A stretch of 15,702 bases of DNA from a bacterium (GCA_044869275.1 JBIOXB010000170.1:1-15702); one strand, 5' to 3'. Counted from the first letter of the stretch, positions 1 through 7,656 are shown. Program-made: numbers and translations. Notes: a model not told the origin generated them from the letters alone.

Positions 1-554
1 CGGCCGTGGCTGCCGGACAATCACAGCTCTCCGTTGACGTTACAGCTGTTGGCTCGAATCAGGTTATGTTTCAGTTCTTCAACGCCGGACCAGCGGTCTC
101 TTCGCTCCAGGACATCTATTTTGATGATAACGCACTTCTAAGCAGCGTGTCTCCTATCATAACCGGAATCGGTGCCTCTTTCGGGCAGGGCGCGGCCCCT
201 CCCAATCTGCCGAGTGGGAACACGGCAACCCCTCCCTTTGTGGTGACATCGGGGCTCAGTTTTGACGCCAACATGCCGGGGAACATAAACAATGGGGTCC
301 AAAATACGGGGGGAGAGAGCGTATCCATCATACTATCCTTGCTGTCCGGCAAGACGTTTAGCAATGTGCTGGCCGACTTGAACAGCGGCAATTTGCGCTT
401 AGGCCTCCATGTTCAGGGTTTTGCTGGAGGATATAGCGAAGCGTTCGTCAACAATCCGCCCTCGGTCGTGCCGGAACCATCAACCTTGCTTCTTCTCGGC
501 ACCGGCCTTGGTGCGGTATGTGGGTTTGCGCGCCGGCGCTTTCGTAAGCAGTAA
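1..554 (+). CDS. PEP-CTERM sorting domain-containing surface protein (5'-truncated by window edge)
   Basis: Frame is open from the window start. C-terminus VPEPSTLLLLGTGLGAVCGFARRRFRKQ* is a PEP motif plus hydrophobic helix plus basic tail. The body is Gly/Ser/Asn/Pro-rich with beta-strand character. Confidence 0.93.
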   Translation, partial: AVAAGQSQLSVDVTAVGSNQVMFQFFNAGPAVSSLQDIYFDDNALLSSVSPIITGIGASFGQGAAPPNLPSGNTATPPFVVTSGLSFDANMPGNINNGVQNTGGESVSIILSLLSGKTFSNVLADLNSGNLRLGLHVQGFAGGYSEAFVNNPPSVVPEPSTLLLLGTGLGAVCGFARRRFRKQ

Positions 555-627
555 TCTGTTAGTAATAAAAAGACGCCAGCGCTGCATGTGCACGCTCTAA
601 GCCCTGGGATTCTGTTTTCAGAAATCG

Positions 628-668
628 CGCCGCCCTCGAGGATTTCTCGACGGCGGCGTTTTTGTTTT
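628..668 (+). terminator. Rho-independent terminator of the PEP-CTERM gene
   Basis: CGCCGCC-c-TCGAG (628-640), loop GATTT, CTCGA-c-GGCGGCG (646-658), then TTTTTGTTTT. Confidence 0.85.
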
Positions 669-706
669 GGGGCCGGCGTTCAGCGGAAATCTATAGAACT
701 TTCTTC

Positions 707-838
707 AGTACTATTCAGCACAAAAAAGAAACGTAAACGGATTAAGCGGATTGAGCAGATGATTATTCTGGCAAACGATCCTTCAAAATCCGCTTTATCC
801 GCTCAATCCGCTTACAAAAACAATAGCTGAATAGTACT
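707..838. mobile_element. MITE-like fold-back element with 13-bp terminal inverted repeats and inner inverted 9-mer tandem arms
   Basis: AGTACTATTCAGC (707-719) is the exact reverse complement of GCTGAATAGTACT (826-838). Inner arms 733-760 and 788-815 are complementary at 23/28 positions and consist of about 3 copies of an AAGCGGATT-like unit. No coding capacity. Confidence 0.6.
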
Positions 839-1024
839 TCCTTCTCGTGCTCTCCGGCATTCTCGCGTTCCGTTTTTTCGACGCGCACCTGCCCGGTTCA
901 ACTCGCCATACGATTCCCTGTAAAATTCATTCCTCCCATCGTTTTCTCCTCCGCAATTTCCCTCACCTGCTGCTATAGCCTCCTGTAATTTCCAACTGCC
1001 TTGAAGCAAGCATGAGAGCTACGG

Positions 1025-1080
1025 CGAACGAAGTCGAACCGTGGCTCAACCCTCGGATTGCCGCCCTTCGACTTCGCTTG
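1025..1080. repeat. REP-like inverted repeat pair
   Basis: CGAAGTCGAA (1029-1038) and TTCGACTTCG (1067-1076) form a perfect 10-bp inverted repeat in intergenic DNA. Confidence 0.5.
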
Positions 1081-1184
1081 GGGGTGACATACGATGCAAC
1101 CGAGCCAATCCTTGCTGTTTTCGCAACAACGATCCGAATTTCCGGGCTGAATTCGCTCCGAGCCGTATTGATCTAGGAAAGTAT

Positions 1185-1994
1185 ATGCGGATGATCACTC
1201 TCCCCAGATTCCCTCACGCGAGCTTTTCGATTGCGGTATGCCTCTTTCTCCCTTGGGCTTTGCAGGCGCAACTCATCTCTGATTTTAAAGTGCGATATTC
1301 CGGCACGACCATCACCCAAGCCAAGCTCGAACACGTCGGGACTTTGGCGGTGGATTTTTACCGCCACAATTTCGAGATGGAGGTCGGGCTCGGCCAAGGG
1401 TTTGTCGGGCTGACCTATCAATATGCCACCAAGGAGACACAAACCGGCAAGCTGGGCAATACTTTTGGAAAAAGGGAAGACGGCTTAATGCTGACGGCCG
1501 GGTACAATCATATTTTTTCAGAGCATTTGCGACTTGAAGCTTACGGCCGGGCCGGTGTCTGGGGCGAGACCAACTATGCGCAGGCTTTGTATGCCACGGA
1601 TACCGATCTCCGGCTGAGTTTGGTCGCCTTTGCGCCCGAGGGCTTCGCGATGCTTGGCCATCATCCCGTGTTTCACTCGCTGCAAGCTGGCGTGAACGTG
1701 AACAAATTCGGAAGGGTGCAAGGTCTCGCGGGCGCGGGTCTGTGGTGGAAGGGTGTCGGCGTATATCTCACCGGTTTCCAGGCTTTCAACGGCGTGGTGG
1801 ATGCACTGCATCCCGGCGAAGACGCGGATAAGATCTTCGCGAATTTGAAGAATAGCGGCGTCAGTGTGGGGGCAACTTACGAATATCGCGATTTTCTCAT
1901 CTGGTTCAAGCACAACTACGCCCTCATGAACGGCGGCAACGACCTCATGCTGAGCCTGCAATACCAGCGCTTCTTCCAGAAGAGGAGAAGATAA
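1185..1994 (+). CDS. Hypothetical exported protein, probable outer-membrane beta-barrel
   Basis: ATG 1185 follows AGGAAAG. Signal-peptide-like N-terminus (…FSIAVCLFLPWALQA|Q). Many alternating hydrophobic/Gly/aromatic strands (FEMEVGLG, LMLTAGYNH, LRLEAYGRAG, VSVGATYEY, LMLSLQYQRF). The ORF-track start at 1041 runs through a REP-like repeat and is unlikely. Confidence 0.75.
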   Translation: MRMITLPRFPHASFSIAVCLFLPWALQAQLISDFKVRYSGTTITQAKLEHVGTLAVDFYRHNFEMEVGLGQGFVGLTYQYATKETQTGKLGNTFGKREDGLMLTAGYNHIFSEHLRLEAYGRAGVWGETNYAQALYATDTDLRLSLVAFAPEGFAMLGHHPVFHSLQAGVNVNKFGRVQGLAGAGLWWKGVGVYLTGFQAFNGVVDALHPGEDADKIFANLKNSGVSVGATYEYRDFLIWFKHNYALMNGGNDLMLSLQYQRFFQKRRR

Positions 1995-1995
1995 A

Positions 1996-3348
1996 ATGAA
2001 TATTGCGCGCATGCCCTTGCCGCTGTTCGTCGCGCTGCTCGCGATGTTGGGGAGCTTTCAGAGCGCACGGGCGCAATGGGCGTTCCTTAAGGCCTCACTG
2101 CAAGGAGATGTGAACATCTTGGAAGAAACCGCCACGCGCCTGGTGCTGTGCCGGCAGGATTCGACCGCCACGGTGATCGTGACGATCAAGAAAGGCTCGG
2201 ACTCGGACATCTTCGGCGGAGTTGAAGTCAGGCGAGGCAGCAATCCTTACCGCGTCTGGGTCACGACGGAGAATTTTGTCAAGAAACCGCATCTGGCCGG
2301 TAACGGTGCCGGAGAGTTCTTTCAATCTTCTTTCGTGAAAACGCTGCGCACGGAGGAGGCCGCAAAAACTGCGGTGCCTACCGATTTGCCTGCGGAACCG
2401 GAGGCAGCGCCTGAAACCAGCGAGCCGGCTGCGGTGGAGACACTGGCTGAAGAAGCTCAAGAACCGGAGCCGCCGCTTGCAGAGATCAAACCGGAAATCG
2501 TCGCAGCGGACACCTTGCGCGAGACTACACCCCTGGCGACAACGCCTGCCGTCACGAAACCATCCCCATCGCACAAACCGGTAAGAAGTTCAAGAAAAAA
2601 TCGTCCAGCTAAAAGAAAAACTCAGCAAACCGCCCGCTCCGCGCAACCGCGCAAAAGCGTTTTGCCGCCAGCCAGCGAAACTCCCGCACCGCCTGTGGCA
2701 GCGCCCGCGGTTACGGCTGCAACGTTGGATTCACTCTATCAATTTGCGCTGGCTGAAAGCCGAAAAGAAAACTGGAAGCAGGCCGTGGTGACGCTGGAAG
2801 AGATTCAGTCCTGGCAGCCGGATTATCGCGACGTGGCCGAGTGGTTGGCGCAGGCGCGCCTGCAGTTGGATTTGGCGGAAAAAAAGCCCGCACGTGCAGC
2901 GTCCCAGAGCAGCGGCACGCCGGCCTTGTTTACCACTGGCGCGCTGGCCGCGATCGGCGCTTTTGTCGCATTGATCCTCCTGCCCATGATCGGCGTGATC
3001 TACTTATCAACCAGCTTGCGCGCGCGCTATCATATGTTTCGCGGCAACCACGCCGAAGCGGCCCAGCTCTTCGAAAGAAAGCTGGCGCGCCGGCCGGGCA
3101 AAACCAAGCTCTATGCCGAGCTGGCCAATGCCTATTTGCTTCTTGGCCGCCGCGACGATCAAGCGCTGCGCGTCTATAAAATGGTTTTGCAATTGAAACT
3201 GGATACGAAAAATCGCGAGGCCCTCAACGCCATCGTCGCGCAAAGCTATTTGGCCGCAGGCCGCGCCGAGACGAACATGATTGAAGTCTTGGAAAATGCG
3301 CTGAAAGCCGAGCGCCGCCGGCTAGGGCAGGGGCCGGAGAAGCAGTGA
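1996..3348 (+). CDS. Hypothetical single-pass membrane protein: signal peptide, small N-terminal domain, Pro/Ala/Glu/Thr-rich linker, TPR-like helices, TM helix, C-terminal TPR-like domain
   Basis: 450-aa ORF starting 1 nt after the upstream stop, with RBS GAGGAG. Signal peptide ends SARA|Q. TM segment ALAAIGAFVALILLPMIGVIYL. TPR-like segments LYQFALAES…WKQAVVTLEEIQSWQPDY and GNHAEAAQLFERKLARRPG…LYAELANAYLLLG. Confidence 0.8.
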   Translation: MNIARMPLPLFVALLAMLGSFQSARAQWAFLKASLQGDVNILEETATRLVLCRQDSTATVIVTIKKGSDSDIFGGVEVRRGSNPYRVWVTTENFVKKPHLAGNGAGEFFQSSFVKTLRTEEAAKTAVPTDLPAEPEAAPETSEPAAVETLAEEAQEPEPPLAEIKPEIVAADTLRETTPLATTPAVTKPSPSHKPVRSSRKNRPAKRKTQQTARSAQPRKSVLPPASETPAPPVAAPAVTAATLDSLYQFALAESRKENWKQAVVTLEEIQSWQPDYRDVAEWLAQARLQLDLAEKKPARAASQSSGTPALFTTGALAAIGAFVALILLPMIGVIYLSTSLRARYHMFRGNHAEAAQLFERKLARRPGKTKLYAELANAYLLLGRRDDQALRVYKMVLQLKLDTKNREALNAIVAQSYLAAGRAETNMIEVLENALKAERRRLGQGPEKQ

Positions 3349-3353
3349 TGATG

Positions 3354-3374
3354 CAGTGATCAGTAATCAGTAAG
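3354..3374 (+). repeat. Short heptamer tandem repeat (CAGTRAT)x3 just after a stop codon
   Basis: CAGTGAT CAGTAAT CAGTAAG; a further CAGTGAT at 3343-3349 overlaps the stop. Confidence 0.5.
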
Positions 3375-3564
3375 AAGTGCTTCGCGTTGGAGGTTACACA
3401 GCAGCTGAGGCTCGTTAGTTTTTGTAACTACAGTGATACCGGAAAAGCCTGCACATGGACCTTCAACATACCAAACTTTGGTGGTTGAAACGTCTACCTC
3501 GGATTTTCAGACGAGCTGAAAACCGAAACCAGTGGGTTGCGGCAATGGCACAATTATCCTGCAT

Positions 3565-3692
3565 AAAAGCAGAAGACAGAAAGATGCAGGGCAGAAAAAT
3601 GTTTGTCATTTCCCCGATCTCGTCACCAGTCAGCCTCCGGGCGTGAAGTCTATTGCCATCTTTTTGTCCTTCATTTTTCTGTCTTGGCTTTT
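3565..3692. repeat. Fold-back element with inverted 15-mer tandem arms
   Basis: AAGACAGAAAGATGCAGGGCAGAAAAATG (3573-3601) vs CATCTTTTTGTCCTTCATTTTTCTGTCTT (3657-3685): 24/29 complementary, each arm two 15-bp units. Outer AAAAGC/GCTTTT extends the pairing. Confidence 0.75.
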
Positions 3693-3902
3693 GCTCAATT
3701 CAACGCAACATTTTTCCGTGGGAGTTCGTTTCCGTGAGCCAGACTTTTGGAATTTTATTTTAAGTCTGATGAGCTAATCGCCTACCGCTCCCGTTAGCAA
3801 AGATAAACATGCAAAGAAATCTGCGATAAAATTCTTTGATGATGTACATCTCGCAATGGTTAATGGGGCAAATCCCGATGATGTCAGAGGAAAACTTGAC
3901 CT

Positions 3903-4813
3903 TTACTTGCGCGGTGTGAACGAAGCTGTGATAAGGATCGTGGTTTTTTGACTTGTGGAATAGCTTTGGTTCATCGCGAACCACACCAACGGCCATGCCA
4001 GGACATTGGCCACGATCACCAATTTGACGAAGTCCTGCGAAAGCAGCAGCAGTAATTGTCCCACCGAAGCGCCCAGCACTTTGCGAATGCCGATCTCATT
4101 GCCTTCCGGCTCGTCGTCGCGGCGGAACGGTTTGCCCACTGCGGTTTCCCATCCTAACATGTCACGCAGCTTTTCATTGATGATGAACGCTTCCGCGGAA
4201 TCCGTGGAGAATTCCCTGGAGAAATTGCGGCCTTCCACGAGCTCGATCTCAAAAACCGGCAAGAAATCATAATCCACCGTGGTTTGATAGCTTTGTAGGG
4301 CAGGCTGGCCTTCGCGCTCGGTCCAGCCCAGGCCGGTTTGTGAGCCAACGTTGAGGGGCAAATGCGCGGAAGCCGAGACTTTGATGAAATCGTGATTTTC
4401 CAGCAAGCCTCTTTTAATCAGATCAAATTTTTTGCGCGCCTCACGGTCGCGGATTTCGCTTTTCAATACCTGCGCGGGCTGAAAGGCGGTGAGAAAGACC
4501 GCCGGATAGCTTTCGGCCAGCAGGCCAACCACGGGAATGGCGAGGAGCAGGCCAAGGAAAGTCTTTCCCTGCAACAGCAAGGCGAAAGCCAATTCGCGCT
4601 CAACGAGTTTCGAAAACAGCGGCAGCAGCAGTTGCACCAGCAGCAGCGCCAGCAAGGCAGAAACGAAGGTCAGGAGCATCGATTCGCCGATGAACTTCGG
4701 AAAGCACCACTTTGAGCGTTTTTGCCAGCGGCGAGCCCGGTGATATTGATCAACGAAAAAGATTTGTGTTTGTGATAATTGCGCCAGGCGATGAGGAGAT
4801 AATTTCGCAGCAT
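3903..4813 (-). pseudogene. FtsX/MacB-family ABC transporter permease pseudogene (frameshift plus multiple internal deletions)
   Basis: ATG 4813 with RBS GGAGG encodes the typical start MLRNYLLIAWRN…SFSLINITGLAAG. A different frame then gives FIGESMLL…ESYPAVFLTAFQPAQVLK, VDYDFLPVFEIELVEGRNFS…AFIINE and EIGIRKVLGASVGQLLLLLSQDFVKLV…AMNQ. About 280 codons remain against roughly 800 aa for the family. Confidence 0.88.
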
Positions 4814-4833
4814 GAAGTCCTCCGAGCTTACCT

Positions 4834-4966
4834 GCAGAGGGCAGAGGGCATAGGGCATGGAGCAGAGGGCAGAGGGCATAGAGCAGAGAGCATAGAGCAT
4901 AGAGCATAGAGCATAGAGCATAGAGCATGGTGCTCTGCCCTCCGCCCTCTGCTCTCCGCCCTCCGC
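4834..4966. repeat. Inverted heptamer tandem array: 14 x GCA(G/T)(A/G)G(A/G/T) followed by 5 reverse-complement-like units
   Basis: 4834-4931 is GCAGAGG/GCATAGA-type units, abutting 4932-4966 GCTCTGC CCTCCGC CCTCTGC TCTCCGC CCTCCGC. Confidence 0.95.
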
Positions 4967-4987
4967 TTCGTGATTCGCGCAGGCAGC

Positions 4988-5509
4988 TCATTCCGCGGCA
5001 ACATGAATCAGAGAATGGATGGCATACTTTTCCAGCTTCTGGCGGCCTTGCAGGAAGTCCAGCTCGATGAGAAAAGCCAAGCCGGCCACTTGCCCACCTA
5101 GCTTTTCGACCAGCCGTGCAACCGCGGCGGCCGTGCCGCCGGTGGCCAGCAAGTCATCGACGATCGCCACTTTTTCGCCTGAGGTGATGGCGTCGACGTG
5201 CATTTCGAGCGCATCCGTGCCGTACTCGAGCTGGTATTCTTCGCGCATGGTCGTCGCGGGAAGTTTTTTGGGCTTGCGCGCGGGCACGAAGCCGGCGTTC
5301 AAATTCAGCGCGAGCGGCGCGCCAAAAATGAAGCCGCGCGATTCGATGCCCACCACTTTTTGAATGCCTTGTTTGCTGAAGTGGCTGGTCAACTGCGCCA
5401 GGGCTTCACGAAAAGGCACCGGTTCTTTCAGCAAGGTGGTGATGTCCTTGAAGCCGATACCGGGCTTGGGGAAATCTTGAATCGTGCGAATATAGTTTTC
5501 CAGGTTCAT
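4988..5509 (-). CDS. apt: Adenine phosphoribosyltransferase
   Basis: IRTIQDFPKPGIGFKDITTLL, GIESRGF, RKPKKLP, YQLEYGTD and the PRPP-binding motif VDDLLATGGT. Confidence 0.98.
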   Translation of the reverse strand: MNLENYIRTIQDFPKPGIGFKDITTLLKEPVPFREALAQLTSHFSKQGIQKVVGIESRGFIFGAPLALNLNAGFVPARKPKKLPATTMREEYQLEYGTDALEMHVDAITSGEKVAIVDDLLATGGTAAAVARLVEKLGGQVAGLAFLIELDFLQGRQKLEKYAIHSLIHVAAE

Positions 5510-5517
5510 TTCTGGCC

Positions 5518-5793
5518 CTAGGTCACAATTTCAAAACTGCGGAATTTATTGCTGTACGCTTGCCATTCAGTTTGCACTTCTTTGACCGTAGAGAAGCGCG
5601 AGCCTTTTTCGATTTCTTTCACGAATAGGCGCAGCTCTTCTTCCTCGCCTTCGGCCAGCACTTCCACGCGGCCGTCTTCCAAGTTCTTCACCCAGCCGGT
5701 GAGATAATGCCGCCGCGCCGCGTGATGCACGTAGTATCGAAACCCCACCCCTTGCACCATGCCATTCACCAATAGATGCACGCCTTTTCTCAT
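5518..5793 (-). CDS. acyP: Acylphosphatase
   Basis: 91 aa with VNGMVQGVGFR and LTGWVKNLEDGRVEVLAEG signatures. Confidence 0.96.
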   Translation of the reverse strand: MRKGVHLLVNGMVQGVGFRYYVHHAARRHYLTGWVKNLEDGRVEVLAEGEEEELRLFVKEIEKGSRFSTVKEVQTEWQAYSNKFRSFEIVT

Positions 5794-5863
5794 GGCAATA
5801 TGCCCGGTTTAAACCAAAGATCTGCTTTCGAGTCAGAAGTCATTTTCCCAGGTCATCGACCGC

Positions 5864-6051
5864 TGGATGGTTGGATTATTGGATTAATGGATTGATGGAT
5901 TAATGGATTGATGGATTCATGGATTCATGGATTCAATGATTCTTCAATTCATCCACCCATCCATCAATCCACCCATCCACCCATCCACCCATCCACCCAT
6001 CCACCCATCCACCCATCCACCCATCCACCCATCCACCCATCCATTAATCCA
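5864..6051. repeat. Inverted octamer tandem array: 9 x TGGATNNN and 13 x NNNATCCA
   Basis: 5864-5935 is TGGATTAA/TGGATTGA/TGGATTCA-type units. 5948-6051 is reverse units including 9 perfect consecutive CCCATCCA (5972-6043). The array lies 3 nt beyond the asnS stop. Confidence 0.95.
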
Positions 6052-6054
6052 ATC

Positions 6055-7398
6055 CTAGGGATACAACCGGTGCATCAACCGCGCGAAGGGAATGGTTTCG
6101 CGCACGTGCGGCAAGCCGCAAATCCAGCCCACGGTGCGCTCGACGCCCAGGCCGAAGCCGGCGTGCGGCACGGAGCCGTAGCGGCGAATATCGAGGTACC
6201 ACTTGAACGCTTCCAACGGCAAGCCGTGCTGCAAGATTTTTCTTTCGAGCACTTCGAGATCGTCCTCGCGCTGGCCGCCGCCGATGATTTCGCCCACGCC
6301 CTCCGGCGCCAGCACATCCACGGCGAGGGCCTTGTCCGGATTTTCAGGATCATTCTTCATATAGAACGCCTTAACCGCCGCGGGGTAGCGATGCACCATG
6401 ATGGGCTTGTCGAATTTCGAGGTGAGGTAGGTCTCATCCGCGCCACCGAGATCGCTGCCCGGTTCAAAAGGAGGCGCTTCTCGTGCTTGCGCAAAAGCGA
6501 CGGCCTCCTCTGTGGTCAACATTTTTGAAGCTTCCTCATAGCTCAGTTTTGGAAAAGGCCGCATGACTTTTTCCAAGAACGTGGTATCGCGTTCGAGAAT
6601 TTTCAAATCTTCCTTGCGCGTTTCCAGCACGCGCTGCACGATATACTCGACAAAATGCTCGGCCAGCTTCATGTTCTCTTCGAGATCGGCGTAGGCGACT
6701 TCGGGCTCGACCATCCAAAATTCGGTGAGATGGCGGCGGGTCTTGGATTTCTCCGCGCGAAACGTCGGGCCGAAGCAATACACTTTGCCGAAGGCCATGG
6801 CGCCCGCTTCCATATAAAGCTGCCCGCTTTGCGTGAGATACGCCTTGTCGCCGAAATAATCCGTTTCGAAAAGGGTCGTCGTACCTTCGCATGCGGCCGG
6901 GGTGAAGATCGGCGCATCGAGCAGCACGAAGCCCTGGTTGTCAAAAAAATCACGAATGCTCTTGATCACTTCGTGGCGCACGCGCAGGGTGGCATGCTGC
7001 TTGGACGAACGCAGCCAGAGATGGCGGTGGTCCATCAGAAAAGTTTCGCCGTGTTCTTTCGGCGTGATGGGATAATCTTTGGCGAGGTGCACGATTTCGA
7101 CCTGCTTGGCCGTCAGCTCATATCCGCCGGGCGCACGCTTGTCCTCGCGCACCGTCCCGGTCACGAGGCACGAGGATTCTTGCGTCAATTGTCCACAGCG
7201 CGCAAAGATTTCTTCGCCCACGTCTTTCAATGAAACCACGCACTGTATCACCCCGGTGCCGTCGCGCACGAGCAGAAACCAAAGCTTGCCGCTGTGGCGC
7301 GCATTATAAAGCCAGCCGTAAAGCGTCACCTCTTGGCCCACGTGCTGGCCGATGGTGGCGATGTAGGTTTTGTCGCGATTAATGAAAGCTGATGCCAC
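6055..7398 (-). CDS. asnS: Asparagine--tRNA ligase
   Basis: OB-fold ([22 protein letters not shown]), YLTQSGQLY, class II motif 2 [30 protein letters not shown] and motif 3 [14 protein letters not shown] 7398 has GGAG 6 nt upstream; GTG 7410 is the alternative start. Confidence 0.96.
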   Translation of the reverse strand: MASAFINRDKTYIATIGQHVGQEVTLYGWLYNARHSGKLWFLLVRDGTGVIQCVVSLKDVGEEIFARCGQLTQESSCLVTGTVREDKRAPGGYELTAKQVEIVHLAKDYPITPKEHGETFLMDHRHLWLRSSKQHATLRVRHEVIKSIRDFFDNQGFVLLDAPIFTPAACEGTTTLFETDYFGDKAYLTQSGQLYMEAGAMAFGKVYCFGPTFRAEKSKTRRHLTEFWMVEPEVAYADLEENMKLAEHFVEYIVQRVLETRKEDLKILERDTTFLEKVMRPFPKLSYEEASKMLTTEEAVAFAQAREAPPFEPGSDLGGADETYLTSKFDKPIMVHRYPAAVKAFYMKNDPENPDKALAVDVLAPEGVGEIIGGGQREDDLEVLERKILQHGLPLEAFKWYLDIRRYGSVPHAGFGLGVERTVGWICGLPHVRETIPFARLMHRLYP

Positions 7399-7438
7399 TT
7401 GAAACTCCACAAAAATAAATTCTAATTTACGAATGAGC

Positions 7439-7456
7439 TCAAAGTAATTTGGGCAT
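7439..7456 (-). pseudogene. Probable hicA toxin remnant (mini-ORF MPKLL*)
   Basis: ATG CCC AAA TTA CTT TGA begins 2 nt after the hicB stop, where hicA lies in hicB-hicA pairs. MPKL and KLL* resemble common HicA N- and C-termini. It is very short, so the call depends on context. Confidence 0.45.
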
Positions 7457-7458
7457 GA

Positions 7459-7656
7459 TCAAGCCGCAACTTCGATTTCTCGAACGTCGGCGCCTTGTAA
7501 TGACTCGGTAATAACTTCGAGATATTCCTGAATAGCATCTCTGATGTTTTGAATGGCTTCCTCTTCGGTTTCTCCATGTGACCAGCAGCCCGGCATAGCT
7601 GGGCAGGAAACGCCATATCCTTCTTCAGAGCGGCGCAGCGCGATTTTGTATTTCAT
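7459..7656 (-). CDS. hicB: HicB-family antitoxin (short UPF0150 type, no C-terminal DNA-binding domain)
   Basis: 65 aa MKYKIALRRSEEGYGVSCPAMPGCWSHGETEEEAIQNIRDAIQEYL, with the PGC-x-S-x-GET-x-EEA-xx-N motif. GGAG lies upstream of ATG 7656. Confidence 0.9.
   Translation of the reverse strand: MKYKIALRRSEEGYGVSCPAMPGCWSHGETEEEAIQNIRDAIQEYLEVITESLQGADVREIEVAA

Noticed and set aside
3461..3490. Integron attC site (CTTCAAC…GTTGAAA)
   Set aside because: Only about 30 bp, far shorter than attC sites, with imperfect R boxes and no cassette array or integrase.
3750..3834. Hammerhead ribozyme-like segment: CTGATGA (3766-3772), stem GCTAA/TTAGC, AGAT/ATCT and an outer GAATTTTAT/ATAAAATTC pairing
   Set aside because: Stem II is followed by AAAG rather than the required GAAA, there is no NUH cleavage triplet in register, and stem I is not adjacent to the core. 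At best degenerate; cmsearch with Rfam hammerhead models would settle it.
4814..4991. N-terminal 'MLYALCS' repeat extension of the 362-aa ORF 3903..4991 (and of ORF 4670..4921)
   Set aside because: It is simply the translation of the heptamer array. The real permease start is ATG 4813 with a GGAGG RBS.
4834..6051. CRISPR array interpretation of the repeat tracts
   Set aside because: Units are 7-8 bp and contiguous with no unique spacers, and there are no cas genes.
5908..6528. His/Pro-repeat ORF (HPPIHPST)
   Set aside because: It is the translated octamer array plus antisense of asnS.
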